A stretch of 64,000 nucleotides of DNA, taken from the NCBI GenBank assembly GCA_963714975.1, contig CAVQQD010000003.1, positions 686,412 to 750,411 on the forward strand, given 5' to 3'. The notes beneath the pieces were generated by a model. That model made no database searches, was not told where the DNA came from, and worked only from the letters and a program-made list of their open reading frames with translations. The position numbers and the translations under genes were made by a program. Of the stretch, positions 46,301-55,900 are shown in pieces. Source of the stretch: an uncultured Gammaproteobacteria bacterium (GTDB taxonomy: Bacteria > Pseudomonadota > Gammaproteobacteria > JAURND01). The stretch's first letter is position 1; every line of letters starts with the position of its first letter.

Positions 46301-48463
46301 TTATTTTAACTGTCTTTTTGCTAATTCTGCGAATAATCCAGGTTCGCTTATTAAGGTTTCAAAGTTACCCATTTGTACAATGTGACCGTTTTCAAGGACG
46401 TAAATTCTGTCTGCATTAACGACAGTACTTAAGCGATGTGCTGCAACAACTTGGGTTGATTTCAATTCTTTTAAATAATGATAGACTATGGATTGAGTTC
46501 TATTGTCGAGGGCACTGGTTGCTTCGTCTAAAAAAATAATCTTAGGGTTTTGTACCAATGCCCGCGCTAATACTAAACGTTGTTTTTCACCGCCTGATAA
46601 TGTGACTAAGCCCTCAGTAATTAATGTATCCATCTGCATGGGTAATAATTTAATTAATTCAGCTAAGCCAATTTTAGCTGCAATATCCCAAGCGTCGCGA
46701 CGGCTCAGGCTGGTATTATTTCCTATAATATTATCGAGGATAGTTCCAGGTATTAATGCACTATTTTGCATGACAACTCCAATTTGCTTACGCACTGAAG
46801 ACAACTTTAATGCATTTAAATTAACTCCATTATAATAAATTCCTCCTCCTTGCGGCTTCTCGAACCCTAGCAATAATCTAAACAAAGTCGATTTGCCTGT
46901 CCCTGAGGGACCTACCAGTGCAATAAATTCACCCGGGTATATTTCCATGGAAAAATCTCGAAAAATAGTTTTATCCAAATCTGGATAACGAAACAGCGCG
47001 TGTTTAATGCTGATTCGACCGTCCAGCTGATTGGGTTCAATCAATTTTTTTTCAGAATCGATGTTTGCGCTAAGCACACGATTTGCTCTTTCCCCTAATG
47101 GGATAATACTAATCACCAAACTCATAATTTGTAAAGCTTGTAAAATGGCAGTAAAAAATAACGTAAATGTTGCATTAAATGCTATAAAATTGCCGAAGGA
47201 AAGTTGAGAGCCGAGCAAAAAAACAAACCCAAATAAAATCAAGGGATTAACCACCAGCATCACATTGCTTAAAACCTCCAAATTCTGTAGGGATTTTTTC
47301 CCAAGAAACTCTGCTTTGCTACGCTTTATTAGTCGATCTACCCAAATACTAAATACCCGTAAAGAAGCATCTGCAACACGAATTTTTAAAATACCAGACA
47401 ATAGGCCAAAGGCAAAATCCATAAGTTTCCCAAAGTGAAAATACAGACGCCTAAAATAATATAATTGTTTATGAATGATAAAAAATGTAATTGTTATAAT
47501 TAATAAAGCCAATAAAAAAGCTACTAAAGCTAAAAAAGCATTGTAAATCAACATCAGAAATAAAAAAATAACTGACATAAACGCATTGGTGATAATGACA
47601 AGGTAAGATTGTGACAAAATTTGCTGAATTTCATTGAGAAAATTTGCTCTATAGGTTAATCCTCCTGGGGAATATTTTTGAAAAAAAACCAGTGGAAATC
47701 GCAACATTCGATCCCAAATTGCTGGTTCTAAATGTGCTTGTATTTTGAAGCGCAATCGTATTATCGATGCAGCTTGGACAACATTGTATAAAGTCACCAA
47801 TAAGGTACTAACAAATAAAGCAATCACAATTTGCCACAAAATATAAAAATCTGCATTCGGAACAACAAATGAAAATAAATATCCGGTAAAAATAGGTATC
47901 AATAAAGTAAACAAAACAATAATCGATTGTAAAATAAAGAATAGAAATAAGTCGCGATAGCTATGCTGCAAAGCAAAGGCTACGATATTTTTAAAATTGC
48001 CTATTTTTTCAGGTAGCGGCCTGTATAGAAAATAGGCATGCTCTTCAATTTCTTTAGCTAGCTCTTCCGTTACCCTAATGTTGTGGCTTTGGCTTAGATT
48101 TACTAAGCGATAATGGCCCTTTTTTTTAGGCAGCAAAGCGCAGGGTTGATTATGGTAAAATCCGAGCAAGGGACCGAGATCTTTGCGCCACCATTTGTCC
48201 GGCAATAAGATTTTACGTACACGAACTTCTGAAATAGCTGCGATAGTACGTATATAGTCTGAAAACGTTGTATTTTCCTCTTCCCGTAATTTCGGTTTAA
48301 TTAATTTTATTTTGTTATGTTTCGCAACAATCTCGCATGTGGCATAGAGTAAGTCTAAAGGATTAGAAAATTCATGCGCAAAAGTAATTTGCGTATCTAA
48401 AATAGTTTTTAATCTCTGGATAAAATTTCGTATGATATTAGTTTTAATTAATTTTTCATTCAT
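46301..48463 (-). CDS. ABC exporter, second subunit, no peptidase domain (NHLM-bacteriocin-system ABC2-like)
   Basis: 720 aa. ~160-aa non-peptidase N-terminal domain, six TM segments, Walker A GPSGTGKST, signature LSGGEKQR, Walker B IIFLDEA. 4-nt overlap with the upstream ABC gene. Confidence 0.85.
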   Translation of the reverse strand: MNEKLIKTNIIRNFIQRLKTILDTQITFAHEFSNPLDLLYATCEIVAKHNKIKLIKPKLREEENTTFSDYIRTIAAISEVRVRKILLPDKWWRKDLGPLLGFYHNQPCALLPKKKGHYRLVNLSQSHNIRVTEELAKEIEEHAYFLYRPLPEKIGNFKNIVAFALQHSYRDLFLFFILQSIIVLFTLLIPIFTGYLFSFVVPNADFYILWQIVIALFVSTLLVTLYNVVQAASIIRLRFKIQAHLEPAIWDRMLRFPLVFFQKYSPGGLTYRANFLNEIQQILSQSYLVIITNAFMSVIFLFLMLIYNAFLALVAFLLALLIITITFFIIHKQLYYFRRLYFHFGKLMDFAFGLLSGILKIRVADASLRVFSIWVDRLIKRSKAEFLGKKSLQNLEVLSNVMLVVNPLILFGFVFLLGSQLSFGNFIAFNATFTLFFTAILQALQIMSLVISIIPLGERANRVLSANIDSEKKLIEPNQLDGRISIKHALFRYPDLDKTIFRDFSMEIYPGEFIALVGPSGTGKSTLFRLLLGFEKPQGGGIYYNGVNLNALKLSSVRKQIGVVMQNSALIPGTILDNIIGNNTSLSRRDAWDIAAKIGLAELIKLLPMQMDTLITEGLVTLSGGEKQRLVLARALVQNPKIIFLDEATSALDNRTQSIVYHYLKELKSTQVVAAHRLSTVVNADRIYVLENGHIVQMGNFETLISEPGLFAELAKRQLK

Positions 48464-50649
48464 TGTATTTCCAAACTCACTAGTTCTTTATATAAACCCA
48501 GTTCCTGGATCAAATCCTCATGGCGTCCATGTTGCACAATTCTTCCAGACTTAATGACAATGATTTGATCACAATCGCGAATAGCGCTGAGTCTATGTGC
48601 AATAATAAAAAGAGTACAATTTATTTTTTTTAAATTATCATAAATTTGCTTTTCAATGGCAGGATCTAATGCTGAGGTTGCTTCATCTAATATTAATAAT
48701 TTTGGTTTGCCTAACAAGGCGCGAGCAATTTCTAAGCGTTGGACTTGACCACCGCTAAAATTTTTACCTCCCTCAGCAATTTTTGCATCTAAACCGCCAC
48801 GGGTATTAATGACATCGCCAATGCAAGCTGCTGCCAATGCTTCTTGGATATCAGAGTCTTTTATATCCGGGTTCCATAAGGTCATATTATCTCGGACGGA
48901 TGCCTCAAATAAAAAAATACTCTGATTAACTAATCCAATAAATTTTGCATATTCAGAACGAGAAATTGTGTTTAATGGGTTTTCATAAATTAATATTTCA
49001 CCAGACCAGGGCTGAAAGAGACCGCAAATAAGATGAGACAAACTTGATTTCCCACCACCACTTGGACCAACAACTGCAACTCGTTCGCCAAGGTTTACTT
49101 TGATTGATAAGTCATAAAAAATGGGCTGTTCTAGTTTTGAATAGCCAAATTGTATTGAGCGCAATTCTAAAATAGGTTTAACAGCTTCATTTGCTAAAAG
49201 AACAGTTTCATCCTTGCTTGATAAAATTTTTTCTATAGCATAGTGGTTCACGTCATTGATTCTAGCGAGATCACCTCTTACTTTATAAAGCGATTCTACC
49301 AGATTAAGTATATCTTTAAATGGCTTGTCGAAGCTAATTAATAGAATTTGGATAGCAATCAACATCCCTAGAGTTAATTGACCTTTAAGAATTAAGTAAC
49401 TCCCTAAGCATAAAACAATAACTTGTTTTGTGCCATCTAAAAGTGTTGAAATTATTCTTAAAACAGCCGAATAAATTTCGATTTGTTGTTGGATGTTTAT
49501 TTTTTTGGCATGATGTGCAGCCCAATAGTTAAAAAAATTATCTTCCACAGCATTGGATTTTAGTGTTTGCATTATTTCTATACCGTTCATTTCTATTCCG
49601 GTTAATTTTCCTGCAGCTTGTGCAAAACGTCTTCCTGCATCTGTAACTTTTCTAGAAATAAGCCACAAAAAATAGGTATTTAAAAATGTTATAAAAATAA
49701 TAACAATAGAAAGTTGCCAACTGAATAATATTATAACTAATCCAGAAAAAATCGTGGTAATTAACCCCACGGAACTATCAATGAACTGATCTGCTAAAAT
49801 ATTAGAAATATGATTATAGGCTTCAACACGAGAAATAATATCACCTGAAGAGCGTTGCTGAAAAAAATTGAGTGGCAAGTGTAATAAACGCCAAAAAAAC
49901 TTGGTCGCTCCTACCAACTTTAATTTCATATATAAACGAATCAAATAGTATTTTTTTATCCAGGTCAAAAAGCCAATCATGATTGCAGTAAAGAACATAG
50001 CTGCTAATAAGTAACCAATCCAAGTATGCTGGTGTTGAATTAAAATATCATCTACAAAAATTTTTGCAAAAAATGATACAGCCAAAGTGGGAATTAATAA
50101 TGCCAACCCAACGAAAATAATATATATAAAACTAGCCATAGATTTTCGTAAATAGCCAAGTAGTATTTTTAAAATGAATGGTTCAGGGGCGCCGGATTTT
50201 TTAAAGTTGTCTCCGGGTGTTAATACAAGAGCTACTCCAGTAAATCCTTGATCAAATTCGTGATAATTTACCTTTCGGGGACCAGTTTCAGGATCATTCA
50301 AATAGACGATATCTTTGCCAAAACCTTCAACCACTAAGTAGTGATTAAATTTCCAAAAAATAATGAATGGTGTTGGCATAAACTGCACGCTCTCCATGGT
50401 AAGTTGCATACCATGTGCGTCTAAACCATAGTGTCTTGCTGCTTTGATAATATTAATGGCTTTACTACCATCCCGAGTGACATCGCAAGCTTCACGTGCT
50501 TCAGAGGGAGTTAAATAACATCCATAAAAGGCAAGAATAATCGATAATGACACAGCACCACATTCAGCAGCATCCATCTGCAATATGGTAGGTGTTTTCA
50601 CGCGCTTATTATTATTAAACAATCTTTTTATTAATAAACCGAATCCCAT
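48460..50649 (-). CDS. ABC exporter with an N-terminal C39 peptidase domain (double-glycine leader protease/transporter)
   Basis: 729 aa. TILQMDAAECGAVSL (catalytic Cys context), FNHYLVVEG (His), then TMs, GPSGGGKSS, FSGGQVQR and LLILDEA. Confidence 0.9.
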   Translation of the reverse strand: MGFGLLIKRLFNNNKRVKTPTILQMDAAECGAVSLSIILAFYGCYLTPSEAREACDVTRDGSKAINIIKAARHYGLDAHGMQLTMESVQFMPTPFIIFWKFNHYLVVEGFGKDIVYLNDPETGPRKVNYHEFDQGFTGVALVLTPGDNFKKSGAPEPFILKILLGYLRKSMASFIYIIFVGLALLIPTLAVSFFAKIFVDDILIQHQHTWIGYLLAAMFFTAIMIGFLTWIKKYYLIRLYMKLKLVGATKFFWRLLHLPLNFFQQRSSGDIISRVEAYNHISNILADQFIDSSVGLITTIFSGLVIILFSWQLSIVIIFITFLNTYFLWLISRKVTDAGRRFAQAAGKLTGIEMNGIEIMQTLKSNAVEDNFFNYWAAHHAKKINIQQQIEIYSAVLRIISTLLDGTKQVIVLCLGSYLILKGQLTLGMLIAIQILLISFDKPFKDILNLVESLYKVRGDLARINDVNHYAIEKILSSKDETVLLANEAVKPILELRSIQFGYSKLEQPIFYDLSIKVNLGERVAVVGPSGGGKSSLSHLICGLFQPWSGEILIYENPLNTISRSEYAKFIGLVNQSIFLFEASVRDNMTLWNPDIKDSDIQEALAAACIGDVINTRGGLDAKIAEGGKNFSGGQVQRLEIARALLGKPKLLILDEATSALDPAIEKQIYDNLKKINCTLFIIAHRLSAIRDCDQIIVIKSGRIVQHGRHEDLIQELGLYKELVSLEIQ

Positions 50650-50650
50650 G

Positions 50651-51934
50651 TTACTCCCCAGAAACTTTTTTCAGGAAAGGAAGAACCAAGGACAGGGGAC
50701 TTTGTTTTTCCGTCATCATATCTGCTTTAACCAGGGTTCCTGCTGTGACGTGGTAGGATGGGCCATTTGATGAAGTCCATTGCAAGCCTGAAGGATTATG
50801 CAAATTTTGTAATAATTTAATTCGCACCATAATTACTGGTCCTGATTTTAAAAAAGTATCGACTAGGCTTTTGTTCTTGAGTATATTTTGCATACTTTCA
50901 GGAGTGGAGGGTAAATGATCAACAAAAGTAACTTCTCCAATGATGTTACCAAATTCTAATACCCGAATCGTGCTGGGGCTTACGTGTGCGCGCATACCTT
51001 TTGTTACACGTTTGCCATCCTCGGCAGGAATATATACCCAAGTTTCTACTCCTTTACTAAGCGTAGCTATTTGAAAAGCCACTGTCCCTTGTGCCAGGAA
51101 ATCTCCTGGTTTAATTTGAACGCTAGTGATAATACCCGTGACAGGACTTCTAATTTTGGTAGAAACCTGAAGTTTCCCAAGAAAATTTTGTAATTTATTT
51201 TGTTGTTCGATGATTTTTAAATTCAAAGTGCGAAGTTGTTCTTTCCAATTTTCTTCATAATTTCTTTCTGCAATGGAATAATCGAATAAGGACTTTTTTT
51301 GATTTTGCAGATCTTGACTGGCTGCTAGATAGTCAACGCGGATACGAGTTAGTTCAATTATAGTCGTTATCCCCTTTTTAAAAGCTGCTTCCTGTATATT
51401 CAATAAAATTTCTAACTCACTTACTTTTTTCTCACTTGCTCGAATTGTATTTTCAGTTTCTTGCTTTTGATGGTTTAATGCATCTTGGCTGCTTGCGATA
51501 GCGATTTTAGCTTGCTCCAATAATTTCAAATATTGGTTTTGCAAATTTTTAATATAGTCTTTCGTAGTTTGAATTTCACTTTCCAGTTCAGGATTATACA
51601 ATTCGGCAACCACTTGATTTTCTTTGACCAAATCACCTAAGTACACTGAAGTGTTACGGATATAACCGCCAGTTTGTGGGGAAAAAATACTTTCAATTTT
51701 TTGATTTTCGCTTAAAAGCAGACCTGGTCCAGAGACACGTACTTCAATACTACCGAAAATAGTCCATAAGATGATCGTCGCTAAAATAATCCAAACAGTG
51801 AATAAGATTAACCAAGATAGGGGAGAGGTTACTTGAATAATGTCATCTAAGGTGCGAGACACATTAATATATTCTAACGCATGTTGTCGAAAAGGTGAGT
51901 CAGGCTGTATATTCTCTTCCTCTTTTTTCACCAA
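50651..51934 (-). CDS. HlyD-family membrane fusion / secretion adaptor protein
   Basis: 427 aa. One N-terminal TM, a long coiled-coil region and beta-barrel-like ends. Its stop lies 1 nt before the ABC start. Confidence 0.85.
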   Translation of the reverse strand: MVKKEEENIQPDSPFRQHALEYINVSRTLDDIIQVTSPLSWLILFTVWIILATIILWTIFGSIEVRVSGPGLLLSENQKIESIFSPQTGGYIRNTSVYLGDLVKENQVVAELYNPELESEIQTTKDYIKNLQNQYLKLLEQAKIAIASSQDALNHQKQETENTIRASEKKVSELEILLNIQEAAFKKGITTIIELTRIRVDYLAASQDLQNQKKSLFDYSIAERNYEENWKEQLRTLNLKIIEQQNKLQNFLGKLQVSTKIRSPVTGIITSVQIKPGDFLAQGTVAFQIATLSKGVETWVYIPAEDGKRVTKGMRAHVSPSTIRVLEFGNIIGEVTFVDHLPSTPESMQNILKNKSLVDTFLKSGPVIMVRIKLLQNLHNPSGLQWTSSNGPSYHVTAGTLVKADMMTEKQSPLSLVLPFLKKVSGE

Positions 51935-51937
51935 TAG

Positions 51938-52375
51938 TTATCCTTCAAGTTGTTGCTCAGTCATAGCACGTAAGCGCATGGATAATACGGGTAAAAGTTG
52001 CAAGGCAATTTCAGGGTAAGCTTGCATTTGTGCCCTAAAATCCCATTGTTCTAGCATCACACAATCCGTATCTTCTACTGCGCGCACCGTAGCGGAATAG
52101 GGCAAACCGTCGATAAGTGACATTTCGCCAATGATTTCTCCAGCGCCTAGCTGGGTAATGATTTTGGGATGGGCAGTTTGCATCCTTTTTATGACTTCAA
52201 CTTTGCCTCGCGTAATGATATAACAAGCCATACCAGGCTTATGTTCCTCGATGATTATCTCTCCGGCTTGAAATGATTTAAATTGGGCGAGGTCTGCGAG
52301 TCGATAAATGACTTCAGGACTTAGATTTGAAAAGAGTGAACTTTTTCCGATTAATTTTGATATTTCTTGCATCAT
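51938..52375 (-). CDS. stand-alone cyclic-nucleotide-binding domain protein
   Basis: 145 aa. GEIIGEMSLIDGLPYSATVRA matches the CAP/cNMP phosphate-binding cassette. No HTH or other output domain. First gene of the export operon. Confidence 0.8.
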   Translation of the reverse strand: MMQEISKLIGKSSLFSNLSPEVIYRLADLAQFKSFQAGEIIIEEHKPGMACYIITRGKVEVIKRMQTAHPKIITQLGAGEIIGEMSLIDGLPYSATVRAVEDTDCVMLEQWDFRAQMQAYPEIALQLLPVLSMRLRAMTEQQLEG

Positions 52376-52693
52376 ACCATCCTTGGCCGCCCTCGCCCCT
52401 TAGGACAACGACGAAAGTAGTTACAAATTGAGAAGAATTATAGTGAAGCACATTGCTAAATACAATAGCTTTGGTAAATCCCTGTTTTTTTTGCTTTGTT
52501 TATCCATCGTGCCGTAAGACCCCGTCATTCATGGCGGGGATGTAAGGCACTCCTTCGATTATCAAATTGCGCCGAAAAACACCTTCCTTCAGGAAGGTGA
52601 TGAAAAGCGCGCGTTTTGTGACTAGTTCAGTATTTAGAATTTCGTTGGCGTGTAAAGAAACAATTTAATGATATTACCACTGAAAGAACACTG

Positions 52694-52837
52694 ATGGATC
52701 CATCAGATAGAGAAGTTGCTAAAGATTTAGATTTTATGCAAGAGAAACTTAAATTGGTGGGCGGTCGATAGAAGTCAAAAAAATGGTTCTGTGTCGCTAG
52801 CACGCAATCTGTCCGGTTTTGGGACCAGCTAAGTTAA
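52694..52837 (+). pseudogene. possible decayed third double-glycine precursor (in-frame TAG one codon after GG)
   Basis: Hand translation gives MDPSDREVAKDLDFMQEKLKLVGG-R-TAG-KSKKWFCVASTQSVRFWDQLS-TAA. The leader-like end has Glu at -8 and Leu at -4. No convincing RBS seen. Confidence 0.3.
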
Positions 52838-52911
52838 ACAAACCTGGTATGAAATCACCAGCCCAAAATCACAAAAAATAAAAAATATACAAAGATCATG
52901 ACCAACACAGC

Positions 52912-55900
52912 TTATTGGATTTGAGGAGAGAGCAAATAGTTAGCTATTTGCTCCGCAAAGCTCATAATATTGTAATGCGAGCAAGGTAAATTAATTATCT
53001 TTAATTTTTTACAATAGGCACTAAGGTTATTATCTTTTAATGACAACATATGCCTAGATAATTCATCATCCATTTGCGGTCGAGGCCCAACTTGCATTGC
53101 TTTAAATAAAATGACCTGAGTATCATTCAAATGCCCGGTCAATTGAGAATTGAGAATATTTATTTCTTCATAAAAAGCAAGCATAACTCGTTCTATGTAA
53201 CTTGGATCAAATCCTGCTTGAATATAATTATCTTTGGTTCTTTGCTTTGAATCGAACTCTTTTCGTTTTAATTTTATATAACTATCAGGCAATATAGTAT
53301 CCAACAAACATACCATTATATTTTTTATTCCTTTTTGCTCCAAAAGATAAGCCACTTCCAACGCTATGTGACCACCCAAGGACCAACCTAAAAAATAATA
53401 ATGAACTTTGCGTTGAAAGGACTCTATATGTTGCAAATATAATTTGGCTAATTTTTCTAAGTTATCAATTTTATTTTCATGAGATAAATTATAGTTTTCT
53501 ATTCCTAAACAATAATATTGAGTTTCTAATTTATTAGCTAAGTCTAGATAGACTTCAGTATCAGTTCTTGCTGGATGAATCATAAATAAATTATTTTTTT
53601 GCCCTTTGTTGTTATTTAAAGATACGATGGGTTGATAATTATTTTCTTTTTTCAAAAATCCTGCAAGAGATTTAATACTTCTGAATGTGAAGAAAATTGA
53701 TGGCTTTATGGTAACTATTTCTTTTTCCATAATCACCAATGTTTTTATGGCCAAGATAGAATTACCACCCATTTTAAAAAAATCATCAGTTATCCCTATT
53801 TTGTCTATATGTAAAACTCTCTCCCAAATACTGACTAATTTCGTCTCTAATGCATCCCGAGGTGCTACATAATTGGTTGCCGCCTTAAACTCGGGTGCCG
53901 GTAAGGCGCGACGGTCTAGTTTGCCGCTACTGGTCAAGGGTAAAGACTCTAAATACACGAATGCATTGGGGATCATGTAATCCGGTAATTTCGTGACTAA
54001 GTGCTTAATTAAACGATCCTCGCTGATTGGTTTTTCTGCTACATAATAGGCCACTAGGGATTTCGTTCCTTCCCGTTCGTGAACCGTGACCACACTGCGC
54101 TTGATTGTGGGATAATCGCGTAAATCACTCTCGATTTCTCCTAGTTCAATGCGATACCCGCGAATCTTGACTTGAAAATCATTGCGGCCGATATATTCTA
54201 AATTCCCATCCGGAAGCCAACGCACTAAGTCTCCAGTTTTATACAAACGGTCATAACCCTTCGCTTGATCTTCTGGGGTTGCAAAGGGATTGGCAACAAA
54301 TCGTTCCGCCGTTAATTCCGGTCGATTTAAATAACCCCGGGCCACCTGCACTCCACCGATATACAGCTCACCTATCACACCTACTGGCATGGGTTGTCGG
54401 GCTGCATCTAATATATAGACTTTAGTATTATCAACAGGGCGGCCCATATAAACTGCTTTTATTCCGGGATGACAAGCAAATTGAGTCGCGTTAAGCGTTG
54501 TTTCGGTAGGACCGTATAAATTTTGAAATGCCACATGGGGGTAGAGATGGTTAAATTGCGTATAAACTTTAAGGGCTAAGGCTTCTCCGCCAGAAAATAC
54601 GGTGAGTAATGCAGGGCTTGGGTTCAAATTCGCTCCATTCATCACTATCCAATCTAGATAAGCCTGCAGCATCGATGGCACAAAGTAGACGCGAGTGATG
54701 TCGTATTGGTAGAGGGCGGTATAGACTTCCGCAGGAATACGGTGCGCCCCCGGCGTCATCAATACCGATTGCCCACCGCAAATCAGTGGTAACAATAATT
54801 CCCGAACTGAAGGCTCAAAACAATAGGAGGTTTTTTGCAAGATTTTATCTTGTGAGTTAATGTGATATTTTCGCTGCATTCCCACCAATCGATTTACTAA
54901 TGCGCCATGCTGAATCATCACTCCTTTTGGATGACCGGTAGTCCCTGAAGTATAAATCACATACACCAAACTTTCAGGTGGGTAGTTAATTTCTAGCCCC
55001 TGCTTGTCTTCTTCCAGGTAGTTTTCTTGGTCTAACAAAATCAATTGATGCGTCTCGCCTGTCATCCCGGCTTCGACCAACCGGCTCTGCGTCAGAATCA
55101 CTTTAGTTTGAATATCCCCTAGAATGTAGTGCAGCCGTTCGGGCGGGGAGTTTGTATCCAGCGGTACATAAGCCGCTCCTGATTTGAGAATCCCCCATAT
55201 TCCTATCACCATCTCCAAACTGCGTTCCACACAAAGCCCAATTAAAGTATCCGGAGTTAAATTTTCTTGCGTTTGATCGAAGTACACGCGGCGAATATAT
55301 CGCGCTAACTGGTTCGATTTCTCATCTAACTCCTGATAGCTTAGCGATTTTTCTTCATAAACTACGGCCGTATTCCCGGGAACCTTTTTTACCTGCTCTG
55401 CAAATAACTCCAAAATAGTTTGATCTTGGGGATAATCACGGTCCGTCTCGTTCCAACGATATATCGTCTGCTCGTATTCCTCTGGATCCAATAAACTTAA
55501 TTGACTATGCGATTGATGCAGCTGATCCGGAATTCCACGCAAAATCCTTTCCATCTGGCTCAACAATCTCCCTGCTTTAGCATCACTGAGGTATTCTCCC
55601 GCATATTTTAAATTCACCTGTAAACCTTTCGCAGTTTCATAGGCCACAATACACAAAGGATAATCTAATTTTTCCATTGCATTCCTGAATTTAAATTTCA
55701 AGCTGCCCGCTTTGGCTTCGCCTACTGGGTAATTTGCAAAAATAAATAAACTATGAAATAAACGTTGGCCTGCGGTTTGTAAATGCGCTAAATTGATATA
55801 ACTGTGATTGTTTAATTCCGTGGTATATTGATGGATAAGACCCAATTGTGCTTGGACTGTTCTCTCCTGCCAATCAATAATCAAGGGCAGGGTATTGATA

